From Verrucomicrobiota bacterium (GTDB lineage: Bacteria; Verrucomicrobiota; Verrucomicrobiia; Opitutales; UBA953), in NCBI GenBank assembly GCA_041156945.1, contig JBEBDN010000146.1, positions 1-53,789 on the forward strand: a DNA stretch of 53,789 bases, written 5' to 3'. A program made the translations under genes and the position numbers. Positions 27,538 to 36,482 of this stretch are shown here, one piece after another (the stretch's first letter is position 1; every line of letters begins with the position of its first letter). The notes under the pieces are model-generated. The model ran no database searches and had not been told where the DNA came from. It worked only from the letters and a program-made list of their open reading frames with translations.

Positions 27538-28875
27538 TCAGGGCAGGATCGCGCGCATGCCATCCTCCAGCACCGCGCGCAGCGCCGGCACCAGGTCCGT
27601 GCGCGGCACTTCGGCTTCGGTGCGGTCGGTCAGGCTGCGCACCTTGGCGACGCCCTTGGCGACTTCGCCGCCCCCGTAGACCAGGGCGTACTTCGCCCCG
27701 GCGGTCTCGGCCTGCTGGGCGAGCTTGCCGAACTTGCCGTCGCGGAGGTTGTACTCCACCCGGAAGCCGGCGCGCCGGAGCGTGGCGACGTCCTCGAGGG
27801 CGGCCGCGCGGGCGTCGTCGCCGAGGATCATCGCGTAGAAATCCGGGCCGTCGGCATAGACCGGCAGGAGCCGCTTCAGCTCGAGCAGGTCGCGCAAGGT
27901 CACGTCGCCCATGCCGAAGCCGACGGCGGGCAGGTCGGGTCCGCCCATCTTCTTGACGAGGGCGTCGTAGCGGCCGCCGCCCGCGAGGGCGCGGGCCTCG
28001 CCGCCGGTCTCGAAGGCCTCGAAGACGAAGCCCGTGTAGTAGGCCAGGCCGCGCACGATGGTCAGGTCGATGGCGACGCATTCGGCGAAGCCCAGCGCGG
28101 TCAAGGTCGCCAGAAGGTGCTTCCATTCGCCGAGGCGCTCGGTCATCGCGGCGTCGCCCGCCGCGAGGCGTTCCAGGTCGGCCAGGGACTTGGTGTTGGC
28201 GAAGGCGCGCGCGGACTCGAGGGCCTGCGCGGGGTCGACCGAGGTACCGGCGAGCGCGGCCGTCATGGCTTCGAGCAGGTCCTTGGGCGCGCCGCGCTCC
28301 AGCTTGTCGACGACGCCGAGCACGGCGGTCGCCTGCGCCTCGGGGATGCCGAGGCTGGCGAGGTAGCGGAACCAGAGCGTGCGGTCGGAGACGCGGATGC
28401 GGAAGTCGGCCTGCGTGAGCCCGAAGCCCAGGAGGCAGTCTGCGCACAGCGCGATGATCTCGGCGTCCGCCGCGGGACCGGCCTCGCCGAGGAGGTCGGC
28501 GTTCAACTGGTAGAAGGCGCGGAGGCGGCCCTTCTGGGGCTTCTCGTAGCGATAGCTTTCGCCGATGGCGAACCAGCGGATCGGCTTGGGCATGCCGTTG
28601 GCCTTGGCCCCGACCATGCGGGCCAGCGCGGGCGTGAGCTCGGGGCGCAGCGTGACCTTGCGGCCGCCCTTGTCCTCGAAGTTGAAGAGCTGGCGGACGA
28701 TCTCCTCGCCGGATTTCTCGGTGAAGAGCTCGAGCGGCTCGAGCACGGGCGAGTTCCATTCGCGGAAACCATAGCGCCGGCAGGCTCGGCGCCAGATATC
28801 GAAGATATGACCGACCAGCGCCTGGTCCTCGGGGTAGAACTCCCGGAAACCGGGGAGCGTTCGAATGTCGGACAT
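27538..28875 (-). CDS. hisS: Histidine--tRNA ligase
   Basis: 445 aa. Class II motifs (FRYEKPQKGRLRAFYQ, GGGRYD) and a C-terminal anticodon-binding domain. Confidence 0.95.
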   Translation of the reverse strand: MSDIRTLPGFREFYPEDQALVGHIFDIWRRACRRYGFREWNSPVLEPLELFTEKSGEEIVRQLFNFEDKGGRKVTLRPELTPALARMVGAKANGMPKPIRWFAIGESYRYEKPQKGRLRAFYQLNADLLGEAGPAADAEIIALCADCLLGFGLTQADFRIRVSDRTLWFRYLASLGIPEAQATAVLGVVDKLERGAPKDLLEAMTAALAGTSVDPAQALESARAFANTKSLADLERLAAGDAAMTERLGEWKHLLATLTALGFAECVAIDLTIVRGLAYYTGFVFEAFETGGEARALAGGGRYDALVKKMGGPDLPAVGFGMGDVTLRDLLELKRLLPVYADGPDFYAMILGDDARAAALEDVATLRRAGFRVEYNLRDGKFGKLAQQAETAGAKYALVYGGGEVAKGVAKVRSLTDRTEAEVPRTDLVPALRAVLEDGMRAILP

Positions 28876-28880
28876 CGCGG

Positions 28881-29246
28881 TTACGACTGCGCGGGCTTGT
28901 CCTGCGCCGGCTTCTCGACGTCGTAGGACTTGAGCTTGGCCTTCAGTTCCTTGCCGGCCTTGAACTTGATGACCGCGCGCTTGGGGATGATGACATCCGT
29001 CTCGGGGCGGTTGGGGTTGCGGCCGACGCGGCTCTTGCGGACCTGGACCTGGAAGACGCCGAAGTTGCGGAGCTCCACGTCGCGGCCGGAGAGCAGGGCC
29101 TCGCTGATCGCATCGAGCGTCATCTGGACGCTGTCGCGGATGTGCTTCTGCGGGTAGCCCTTCTCCGTGAAGATCTTGATGACGATATCCCGCTTGGTGA
29201 GGTTATTGGACATGGCCGTTTCGTAAGTGTTGATGGACAAAGGCAT
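28881..29246 (-). CDS. HU/IHF-family DNA-binding protein with Lys-rich C-terminal tail
   Basis: Core RNFGVFQVQVRKSRVGRNPNRPETDVIIPKRAVIKFKAGKELK. The ATG at 29246 is preceded by GGAGG 7 nt upstream, one of the few clear SD sites in the window. An alternative ATG lies at 29213. Confidence 0.85.
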   Translation of the reverse strand: MPLSINTYETAMSNNLTKRDIVIKIFTEKGYPQKHIRDSVQMTLDAISEALLSGRDVELRNFGVFQVQVRKSRVGRNPNRPETDVIIPKRAVIKFKAGKELKAKLKSYDVEKPAQDKPAQS

Positions 29247-29285
29247 GGGAAAGCCTCCGAGGCAATACCGCACCCTGAAAAAACC

Positions 29286-30164
29286 TCACTCGAGGTTCTG
29301 GACCTGCTCCCGGATGCGCTCGATCTCGGTTTTGGCCTCCAAAACCGCCCGGGTCGTGGGGATTTCCGCGGCTTTGCTGCCGATGGTATTGACCTCCCGG
29401 AGAAGCTCCTGGACCAGGAAATCGAGTTTGCGACCCCCGTGGGCCTGGTCGAGTTCGGCGTCGAACTGGGCCAAGTGGCTCCGCAGGCGGACGACCTCCT
29501 CGGTGATGTCGCAACGTTCGGCGAAGAAAGCCAACTCCTTGAGGACGCGCTCGTCGGACACGTCCAAGGCCAGGCCGGCCTCCTTCAGCCGGCGGAGCAA
29601 GGCTTCGCGATGGCGGGCGACCGCCCCTTGTTCCGAAGCCTCCATCGTGCGGACGAGGTTGCCCAGCAGGCCGAGCCGGGCGCGCAGGTCGGTCGCGAGG
29701 GCCGCGCCTTCGCGGGCGCGCATCCCCACGAGTTGGTCGAGCGCGCGGGTGAAGGCAGCCTGCACGACGCCCTCGGCGTCGGCGAACTCGGGCAAGGCGC
29801 GGGACTGGCCGCGGCGGGTTTCGGCGAGCTTGAGGATCAGCTCCGGCGAAGGCGGCGTCCAAGGTGTCCCGAGCGCCTGGGCGAGCCGCTGCAGTTCATG
29901 GAGCTGCCCGCGGGTGGTTTCGAAGTCCCAGGTGCCGCCGTCGCCCCCGGCCGCCGCCTGCGTCACGCGCGCCGTCACCTTGCCGCGTTGGAGGCGGGCG
30001 CGGATCCAGGCGGTGGCGGCCGATTCCAACGTCGGCCACGCCTCGGGCCCGTGCACGGAGACCTGCAGGTTCTTCTGGTTGACGGTGGCGAGCTCGACGG
30101 CGAGGCGGGCGCCCGGGAGGTCGATCTCCGCGCGGCCGAAGCCCGTCATCGAGTGCGCGGCCAT
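29286..30164 (-). CDS. yicC: YicC-family stress-induced protein / endoribonuclease
   Basis: Track ORF 29286..31979 trimmed to the ATG at 30164 (MAAHSMTGFGRAE...). C-terminal DUF1732 block LDFLVQELLREVNTIGSKA. Begins 2 nt after the trpB stop. Confidence 0.9.
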   Translation of the reverse strand: MAAHSMTGFGRAEIDLPGARLAVELATVNQKNLQVSVHGPEAWPTLESAATAWIRARLQRGKVTARVTQAAAGGDGGTWDFETTRGQLHELQRLAQALGTPWTPPSPELILKLAETRRGQSRALPEFADAEGVVQAAFTRALDQLVGMRAREGAALATDLRARLGLLGNLVRTMEASEQGAVARHREALLRRLKEAGLALDVSDERVLKELAFFAERCDITEEVVRLRSHLAQFDAELDQAHGGRKLDFLVQELLREVNTIGSKAAEIPTTRAVLEAKTEIERIREQVQNLE

Positions 30165-30166
30165 GG

Positions 30167-31402
30167 TCAGAGTTTGATCTCGGTGCCCAAGGCGCGGGCC
30201 GCGCTCCAGACGTCCTTGTCGCCGCGGCCGGAGAGGTTGATCAGCACGAGGTCGCCGGATTTGCCCTGGGCCGCCACCTTGCAGCCATGCGCCACGGCGT
30301 GGCTCGACTCGAGCGCCGGGATGATGCCCTCGGTGCGCGAAAGCAGCTGGAAGGCCTCGAGGCATTCCTCGTCGGTCGCGTAGGCGAAGTCGATGCGGCC
30401 GCGCTCGCGGTAGTAGGCGTGCTCCGGCCCCACGGCCGCGTAGTCGAGCCCGGCGGAAACCGAGTGCGTGCCCTCGATCTGACCTTCGCCGTCCATGAGG
30501 ATGTTCGTCATGCAGCCCTGCAGGACGCCGAGGCGGCCGCCGGCGAAACGGGCGGCGTGCTCGCCACGCTTGATGCCCCGGCCGCCGGCTTCGACGCCGG
30601 TCAGGCGGACGCCGGGCTCGTCGAGGTATTCGAAGAAGGCGCCGATGGCGTTGGAACCGCCGCCGACGCACGCGACGACTTCGTCGGGGAGACGGCCTTC
30701 GGCGCGGAGCATCTGGGCGCGCGATTCCATCGAGATGATGCGGTGGAAATCCCGGACCATCATCGGGTACGGGTGCGAACCGTAGGCGGTGCCGAGGATG
30801 TAATGGGTCTCGCGGACGTTGGTGACCCAGTCGCGCATGGCCTCGTTGACGGCCTCCTTGAGGGTGCGTTGGCCCGCTTCGACGCCGCGGACTTCGGCGC
30901 CCATCAGCCGCATCCGGTAGACGTTGAGGGCTTGGCGCTCCATGTCGGTGGCGCCCATGTAGATGACGCACTTGAGCCCGAAGCGCGCGCAGACCGCGGC
31001 GGTGGCGGTGCCGTGCTGTCCGGCGCCGGTCTCGGCGATGATGCGCTTCTTCCCCATGCGACGGGCCAGGAGCGCCTGGCCGATGACGTTGTTGATCTTG
31101 TGCGCCCCGGTGTGGAGCATGTCCTCCCGCTTGAGGTAGATGCGGGCGCCACCGCAATGCTTGGTCAGGGATTCGGCGAAATAGAGCCCCGTCGGACGGC
31201 CGGCGTAGTCGCGCAGCATGTCGGCGTACTCCTGCTGGAACGCCGGGTCGCGGCGGGCCTCGTCGTAGGCCTTGGTCAGGTCCAGCAGCGGCGTCATCAG
31301 CGTCTCCGGGACATAGAGACCGCCGAAACGGCCGAAGCGGCCCCGGGCGTCGGGCACCTGGAAGCGCGGTTCGTTGGTCGGGATGAGGCTGGAGGCCGAC
31401 AT
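30167..31402 (-). CDS. trpB: Tryptophan synthase beta chain (TrpB1 type)
   Basis: 411 aa. [26 protein letters not shown] (PLP lysine) and [10 protein letters not shown] blocks. Confidence 0.95.
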   Translation of the reverse strand: MSASSLIPTNEPRFQVPDARGRFGRFGGLYVPETLMTPLLDLTKAYDEARRDPAFQQEYADMLRDYAGRPTGLYFAESLTKHCGGARIYLKREDMLHTGAHKINNVIGQALLARRMGKKRIIAETGAGQHGTATAAVCARFGLKCVIYMGATDMERQALNVYRMRLMGAEVRGVEAGQRTLKEAVNEAMRDWVTNVRETHYILGTAYGSHPYPMMVRDFHRIISMESRAQMLRAEGRLPDEVVACVGGGSNAIGAFFEYLDEPGVRLTGVEAGGRGIKRGEHAARFAGGRLGVLQGCMTNILMDGEGQIEGTHSVSAGLDYAAVGPEHAYYRERGRIDFAYATDEECLEAFQLLSRTEGIIPALESSHAVAHGCKVAAQGKSGDLVLINLSGRGDKDVWSAARALGTEIKL

Positions 31403-31499
31403 GGTGTTGAGCCCTGCATAAAGCGGGAACCTTCCGCAAGGGCAAGCGACAAGGGCTTTTGAGGCTTTCCTTGCCCCGGCATGGGCGGAACCCTAAGCC

Positions 31500-32477
31500 T
31501 TGTCCATGCTTCGCCCGGCCTTGGTCCTCTCGTTGCTCGCCGCCCTGCCCGCGTTCGCCGCCGGCGAGGAGCGCAGCCCGGCGGAGGTCCGGGCCGACTT
31601 CACCTATGGTCGGGCGGTCGTGACCGGCGTCGTGGAGGGCGCGACCGAATACCTGCCGGTCAGCTCCACGGGCCACATGATCCTCAGCGACCGCTTGATC
31701 TGCAACGTGAACAAGGACCCGAACGTGACCGTCCAGGGGGTCGTCGACCGCAAGGGTCGGTCGGTCTCGCTCGACCGGGTCGCCGACGACTACCTCGTGA
31801 TCATCCAGCTCGGCGCGATCCTCGCGGTCGTCGTGGCCTTCTTCGGTCGGCTCCGTGGCCTCCTGGTAGGCGTCTGCCGCGGCGAGCGAGCCTCGCTGCG
31901 GTTGGCGTCCGCCATGCTGGTCGCCTTCCTGCCCGCCGGCCTGCTCGGTTTCTTGTTCAAGGACGCGATTGCCGCCCATCTCTTCTCGGTCGGAGTCGTC
32001 GCGGTGGCCTTGGTCGTCGGCGGGATCGCCATCCTGATCGCCGAGAAGGCCCTACCGGCGCGACCCGCCGAAGGCGATGAAGTCGCCGCGCTCGGCTGGC
32101 GCTCGGCGCTCACGGTCGGTCTGTGCCAATGCTTCGCCCTGATCCCGGGCACCAGTCGTTCCCTGGCCACCATCCTCGGCGGACGCGTCGCCGGGCTTTC
32201 CCATGCCGCGGCGACCGAATTCTCGTTCTTGGTCGGCCTGCTCACCCTGTCGGCCGCTTCGGTCTACAAGGCTTGGTCACTCGGCCCCGCCCTCCCCCAG
32301 GTCTACCCGTCCGGCCCGGCGCTCGTCGGCTTGCTCATCGCAGCGGTGACGGCTTTCGTGTCCGTGAAGTGGCTTGTGGGCTTCGTGTCGCGTCGGGGTC
32401 TGGGCGTGTTCGCCTGGTACCGCATCGCGTTGGGCGGCGCGATCCTGGCGGTGCTGGCGGTCCGGACGCTGCGTTGA
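31500..32477 (+). CDS. uppP: Undecaprenyl-diphosphate phosphatase (BacA/UppP) with N-terminal signal-like extension
   Basis: TTG at 31500, or ATG at 31506. BacA signature VVEGATEYLPVSSTGHMIL plus the second motif GTSRS. Polytopic. Confidence 0.85.
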   Translation: MSMLRPALVLSLLAALPAFAAGEERSPAEVRADFTYGRAVVTGVVEGATEYLPVSSTGHMILSDRLICNVNKDPNVTVQGVVDRKGRSVSLDRVADDYLVIIQLGAILAVVVAFFGRLRGLLVGVCRGERASLRLASAMLVAFLPAGLLGFLFKDAIAAHLFSVGVVAVALVVGGIAILIAEKALPARPAEGDEVAALGWRSALTVGLCQCFALIPGTSRSLATILGGRVAGLSHAAATEFSFLVGLLTLSAASVYKAWSLGPALPQVYPSGPALVGLLIAAVTAFVSVKWLVGFVSRRGLGVFAWYRIALGGAILAVLAVRTLR

Positions 32478-32483
32478 GCCGGC

Positions 32484-33863
32484 TCAGGCGCCGAGCTCGA
32501 AGCCCTGCCGGTAGACGCGCCGCACGAAGGCGTTGGCCTTGGCGTCGTTGGTCACCTGCATCTTCTCCCCGTCCCAGAGCAGCTTGCGGTCGGGGAAACG
32601 GATGGCGAGGTTGCCCATGAGCACCATCTCCGAGAGGGGACCGGAGTAGTCGAAGTTCGACGACGCCGGGACGCCGCCCTTGCAGGCCCGCAGCCAGTCC
32701 TTCTCATGGCCCGAGTTGTTGCCGGGGATGCGCGGAATGGTCTTCGCCAACTTCTTGGCCGCCTCGCGCTGATCGCGGTCGAGCAGGCGCGGCTTCGAAC
32801 CATAGCAACCGCAGACGATCTTGCCCTTGTCGCCGATCAGCAGGCAGCCGCCATCGCCATCGCCGAAGGGCATGTCGTCCTCGAGCTCGACCGGGCGGGC
32901 CGGCATCAGGCCACCATCCCACCAGGTGAGCTGGACCGGCGGCAGGTCGCCGCGGGCCGGGAAGCGGTAGCGCACGATGGAGGAACGCGGGAAGCACTCG
33001 TTCAGGATCGGGCTCTTGTGGCCGAAGTCCGAGAAGCCGGTGGAAACGTTGCCTTCGACGCTCTCCGGGTAGCGCAGCTTGAGGGCGAGGAACAGGGGGT
33101 CGATGATGTGGCACCCCATGTCACCCAACGAGCCCGTCCCGAAGTCGCACCAGGCGCGCCACTTTCCGGGGTGATAAGTCGGGTGATACGGGCGCAAGGG
33201 CGCCGGTCCGCACCACAGATCCCAGTCCATGCCTTCCGGGGGCGTGGCTTTTTCGGTGGGGCGCGGGGTGTCCGAGCTCTGCGGCCAGATGGGACGGTTG
33301 GTCCACGCATGCGCCTCGCGTACCTGGCCGATGAGCCCGGCCTCGAGCCACTCGCAGATCTGGCGGATGCCTTCGCCGGAGTGACCTTGGTTGCCCATCT
33401 GGGTCACGACCTTGTGGGCGCGGGCAGCCTCCGTCAGCGTGCGGGCCTCGAAGACGTTGTGGGCGATCGGCTTCTGGACGTAGACGTGCTTGCCGCGACG
33501 CATGCACTCCATCGCGATGTAGGCGTGGGAATGGTCCGGCGTCGCGATGATCACGGCGTCGATGTCCTTGCGCTTGTCGAGCATCACGCGGAAGTCGGTG
33601 AACGCCTCCGCCTTCGGAAACTGCTTGAGGGTACCCGCGCAGCGCTTCAGGTCGAGGTCGCAGAGGGCGACGATGTTCTCGTCGGCGCTGTTGCGCACGT
33701 TGCTGCCGCCGACGCCGCCGAAGCCGATGGCCGCGACGTTGAGTTTGGAGCTGGGCGAGACGCCCGGGGTGGCCGCGTTGAGCCAGGGCCGGGCGAGGGC
33801 GAAGCCGGCGGCGGCGAGGCCGGTGTGACGAAGGAAGCCGCGCCGATCGAGGGGGGTGCTCAT
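32484..33863 (-). CDS. TAT-exported Gfo/Idh/MocA-family oxidoreductase
   Basis: The ATG at 33863 gives MSTPLDRRGFLRHTGLAAAGFALA (twin-arginine leader). Rossmann N-domain (VAAIGFGGVGG, DAVIIATPDHSHA). The track start at 33893 is a TTG. Confidence 0.85.
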   Translation of the reverse strand: MSTPLDRRGFLRHTGLAAAGFALARPWLNAATPGVSPSSKLNVAAIGFGGVGGSNVRNSADENIVALCDLDLKRCAGTLKQFPKAEAFTDFRVMLDKRKDIDAVIIATPDHSHAYIAMECMRRGKHVYVQKPIAHNVFEARTLTEAARAHKVVTQMGNQGHSGEGIRQICEWLEAGLIGQVREAHAWTNRPIWPQSSDTPRPTEKATPPEGMDWDLWCGPAPLRPYHPTYHPGKWRAWCDFGTGSLGDMGCHIIDPLFLALKLRYPESVEGNVSTGFSDFGHKSPILNECFPRSSIVRYRFPARGDLPPVQLTWWDGGLMPARPVELEDDMPFGDGDGGCLLIGDKGKIVCGCYGSKPRLLDRDQREAAKKLAKTIPRIPGNNSGHEKDWLRACKGGVPASSNFDYSGPLSEMVLMGNLAIRFPDRKLLWDGEKMQVTNDAKANAFVRRVYRQGFELGA

Positions 33864-34021
33864 GGGGTTCGTTTCCGACAGCGCCGCGGGCAAGGTGTTC
33901 CCGGAGGCGGACGTATCCCTCTGTCTGTTTGCCTTTTAGGAAGGAGGCGTACCCGGCCCGGCCGCACTTTGCTTTTGACTCCCCCGCCCTTTGGGCGTTC
34001 ATCAAGGAAACCACGACCCTG

Positions 34022-35038
34022 ATGTTCAAGCGCTTCCCCGGGCTATTCACCCAAGCCATCGGCATCGACCTTGGCACCGCCAACACCCTCGTGTTCCTCA
34101 AGGACCGCGGGGTCGTCCTCCGCGAGCCGAGCGTGGTGGCCATCCGGACCAGCACACGCAAGCCCATCGCCGTCGGCAACGAGGCGCGCATGATGCTCGG
34201 CCGCACCCCCGGCGACATCCAGGCCCTCCGCCCGATGAAGGACGGCGTCATCGCCGACTTCGAGATCAGCGAGCACATGCTCCGCTACTTCATCGGCAAG
34301 GTCGCCCGCAAATCCCTCTTCACCAACCTGACCGTGGTCGTGGCCGTGCCCTACGGCATCACCGCCGTCGAACGCCGCGCCGTCATGGATTCCGCCTACC
34401 GGGCGGGGGCCGACGACGTCATCACCATCCCCGAGCCCGTCGCCTCCGCGATCGGCGTGGGCCTGCCCGTCGAGGAGCCGACCGGCTCCATGATCGTCGA
34501 CATCGGCGGCGGCACCACCGAGGTCGCCGTCCTTTCCCTCGGCGGCATCGTCCACGCCCGCTCCATCCGCGTGGGCGGCGACGAGTTCGACTCCTCGATC
34601 ATCAAGTACATCCGCAACTCCTACAACCTGATCATCGGCGAGCGCACCGCCGAGGAGATCAAGATCAAGATCGGTTCCGCCTACGCGCTCGAGCAGGAGA
34701 TGACCTACGAGGTCCGCGGCCGCGACAACGTCACCGGCCTGCCCCGTCAGCTGCACCTGACCTCCCAGGAGGTCCGCGAGGCCATGGCGGACAACATCAA
34801 CCAGATCATCGAGGCCGTGAAGGGCTCGCTGGAACGCATCCCCCCGGAACTCTCCGCCGACCTCGTCGACCGCGGCATCGTGCTCGCCGGCGGCGGCGCC
34901 CTCATCCGCAAGATCGACCGCGCCATCTCCGAGGCGACCGGCCTGCCCGTCTTCGTCGCCGAAGACCCCCTTTGCGCCGTGGTCAACGGCACCGGCAAGA
35001 TCCTCGCCAACTCGTCCCGCTGGAGCGGCCGGGAATGA
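34022..35038 (+). CDS. mreB: Rod shape-determining protein MreB
   Basis: Track ORF trimmed to the ATG at 34022 (MFKRFPGLFTQAIGIDLGTANTLVF). Full-length actin-like MreB pattern. Confidence 0.95.
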   Translation: MFKRFPGLFTQAIGIDLGTANTLVFLKDRGVVLREPSVVAIRTSTRKPIAVGNEARMMLGRTPGDIQALRPMKDGVIADFEISEHMLRYFIGKVARKSLFTNLTVVVAVPYGITAVERRAVMDSAYRAGADDVITIPEPVASAIGVGLPVEEPTGSMIVDIGGGTTEVAVLSLGGIVHARSIRVGGDEFDSSIIKYIRNSYNLIIGERTAEEIKIKIGSAYALEQEMTYEVRGRDNVTGLPRQLHLTSQEVREAMADNINQIIEAVKGSLERIPPELSADLVDRGIVLAGGGALIRKIDRAISEATGLPVFVAEDPLCAVVNGTGKILANSSRWSGRE

Positions 35039-35058
35039 GCCGAGCGGGCTGACCCGCC

Positions 35059-35955
35059 ATGGACAAGCACCGGCAAGGCGCCACCGCATCCTACGTCGTC
35101 CTCGCCCTCTGCGCGGTCGCCTGGGTCGTGTTGCCCGCCGCCGTGCACCGTTTCGCCCAGGAGGCGTTCGCCGAGTTCCAGGCTCCGGCCCTGCACCTCG
35201 CGGGCAAGGCCCGCGACCTCGCCCGCTTCTGGGAACTGAAGTCCCGGGACAAGGAGGAGCTGCTGGCCGCCTCCCGCGACCTCGCCCGGGCCAACGCCGC
35301 CCTCGAACTTCAGCTCCGGCGCTACGACGACGTCCGCAAGGAGAACGTCCGCCTGCGCGAGATGCTGCGCTACGCGCCCCCGCCCGAGTACCTCACCGTG
35401 GTCGCCCGGATCGCCGTCCGCGATTCCTCCACCTGGTGGCAGCGCGTCGTCATCCGCAAGGGTTCCGACGACGGGGTCCGCGCCGGCTGCCCGGTGATCT
35501 TCTCCGACCGCGTCATCGGCAAGGTGGCCGTCGCCCACCACACGACGAGCGAGGTCGACCTCATCACCAGCCCCAATTTCCGCTGCACGGGCTTCCTCGA
35601 GGGGGATGACCAGAACCGCATCGTGCTCGTGACCGGCGCCCCCGGGCGGGGCCTCGCCGCCGGCCGCGCCCGCGTCAGCGCCATCCCGCAGGACTACTTC
35701 TATCCGGCGGTGGGCGGGGCGCCGAAGGTCATGACCACGGGCCTGGGCGGCGTCTATCCGGCCGGGCTGGTGCTCGGCCATCTGGAAGGCAGCCAACGCG
35801 CGACCCAGGACGGCAATTTCCGGGAGTCTTCCTTGGCTCCGACCCGCGACCTCTTCTCGCTGCAGGAGGTCACCGTGCTCGTCCCGAAGTACCCGACGCC
35901 CGGCGAGATCCTCCTCGAGGACCAGGCCCAGAAGCGACTGGACGAACTGCGCTGA
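35059..35955 (+). CDS. mreC: Rod shape-determining protein MreC
   Basis: 298 aa. N-terminal TM helix, then a coiled coil (LARANAALELQLRRYDDVRKENVRLREML), then a beta-rich domain. Positioned between mreB and mreD. Confidence 0.85.
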   Translation: MDKHRQGATASYVVLALCAVAWVVLPAAVHRFAQEAFAEFQAPALHLAGKARDLARFWELKSRDKEELLAASRDLARANAALELQLRRYDDVRKENVRLREMLRYAPPPEYLTVVARIAVRDSSTWWQRVVIRKGSDDGVRAGCPVIFSDRVIGKVAVAHHTTSEVDLITSPNFRCTGFLEGDDQNRIVLVTGAPGRGLAAGRARVSAIPQDYFYPAVGGAPKVMTTGLGGVYPAGLVLGHLEGSQRATQDGNFRESSLAPTRDLFSLQEVTVLVPKYPTPGEILLEDQAQKRLDELR

Positions 35956-35957
35956 CG

Positions 35958-36482
35958 ATGGTCTGGTCCTGGTTCATCGTCCTCCTGGCCACGCTCCCCT
36001 GCCTCTGGGTCGCCGACCTGCTGACGGACGCCCTCGCCGGCACCAACCTGATCCTCTTCGTCTCCGGCGCCGCCATCGTGGCCCCGTGCCGCCGGCTCAA
36101 GCGCTGGCAGGCCGTCCTCTTCGCCGCCTGCGTCGGCTTCCTGTTCGAGGCGCGCCGGCCGATCCCGGCGGGCACCCTGCCGTTCCTCCTCGCCGGCCTG
36201 AGCATCTTCCTCACGAGCAACCGCATCCTCCTGCGCAACACGCCGCTGGTCCTGCGCGGCGCGCTGATCTGCAACACCCTGGCCTGCACGGCCTGGTTCA
36301 CCGCCGCCGGCCTGCGCGCGGGCGCCGTGACCGCCGGCGACCTCGGCGAGTTCACGCTGCAGCTGCTCCTGCAGGTCGGTTTGGCGGCGGCGGTCGCCCT
36401 GCTCGTCTTCGTGCCGCTCGCGCTCATCCAGGACGCCGCCATGGACCGCACGGGCCTGCCGCCCGCGCTCGAATCGCCATGA
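35958..36482 (+). CDS. mreD: Rod shape-determining protein MreD (polytopic membrane protein)
   Basis: 174 aa and very hydrophobic. Called mainly from its position between mreC and mrdA. ATGA overlap with the mrdA start. Confidence 0.7.
   Translation: MVWSWFIVLLATLPCLWVADLLTDALAGTNLILFVSGAAIVAPCRRLKRWQAVLFAACVGFLFEARRPIPAGTLPFLLAGLSIFLTSNRILLRNTPLVLRGALICNTLACTAWFTAAGLRAGAVTAGDLGEFTLQLLLQVGLAAAVALLVFVPLALIQDAAMDRTGLPPALESP

Noticed and set aside
29286-31979. 897-aa ORF that would fuse yicC to a long N-terminal region
   Set aside because: Only the last 292 aa (from the ATG at 30164) look like YicC. The upstream part is R/P-rich and overlaps trpB in another frame. The same upstream-extension artefact was trimmed at 548..1813, 5269..5838, 25953..27563, 33929..35038, 36086..38581, 41457..43484 and 46073..50071.
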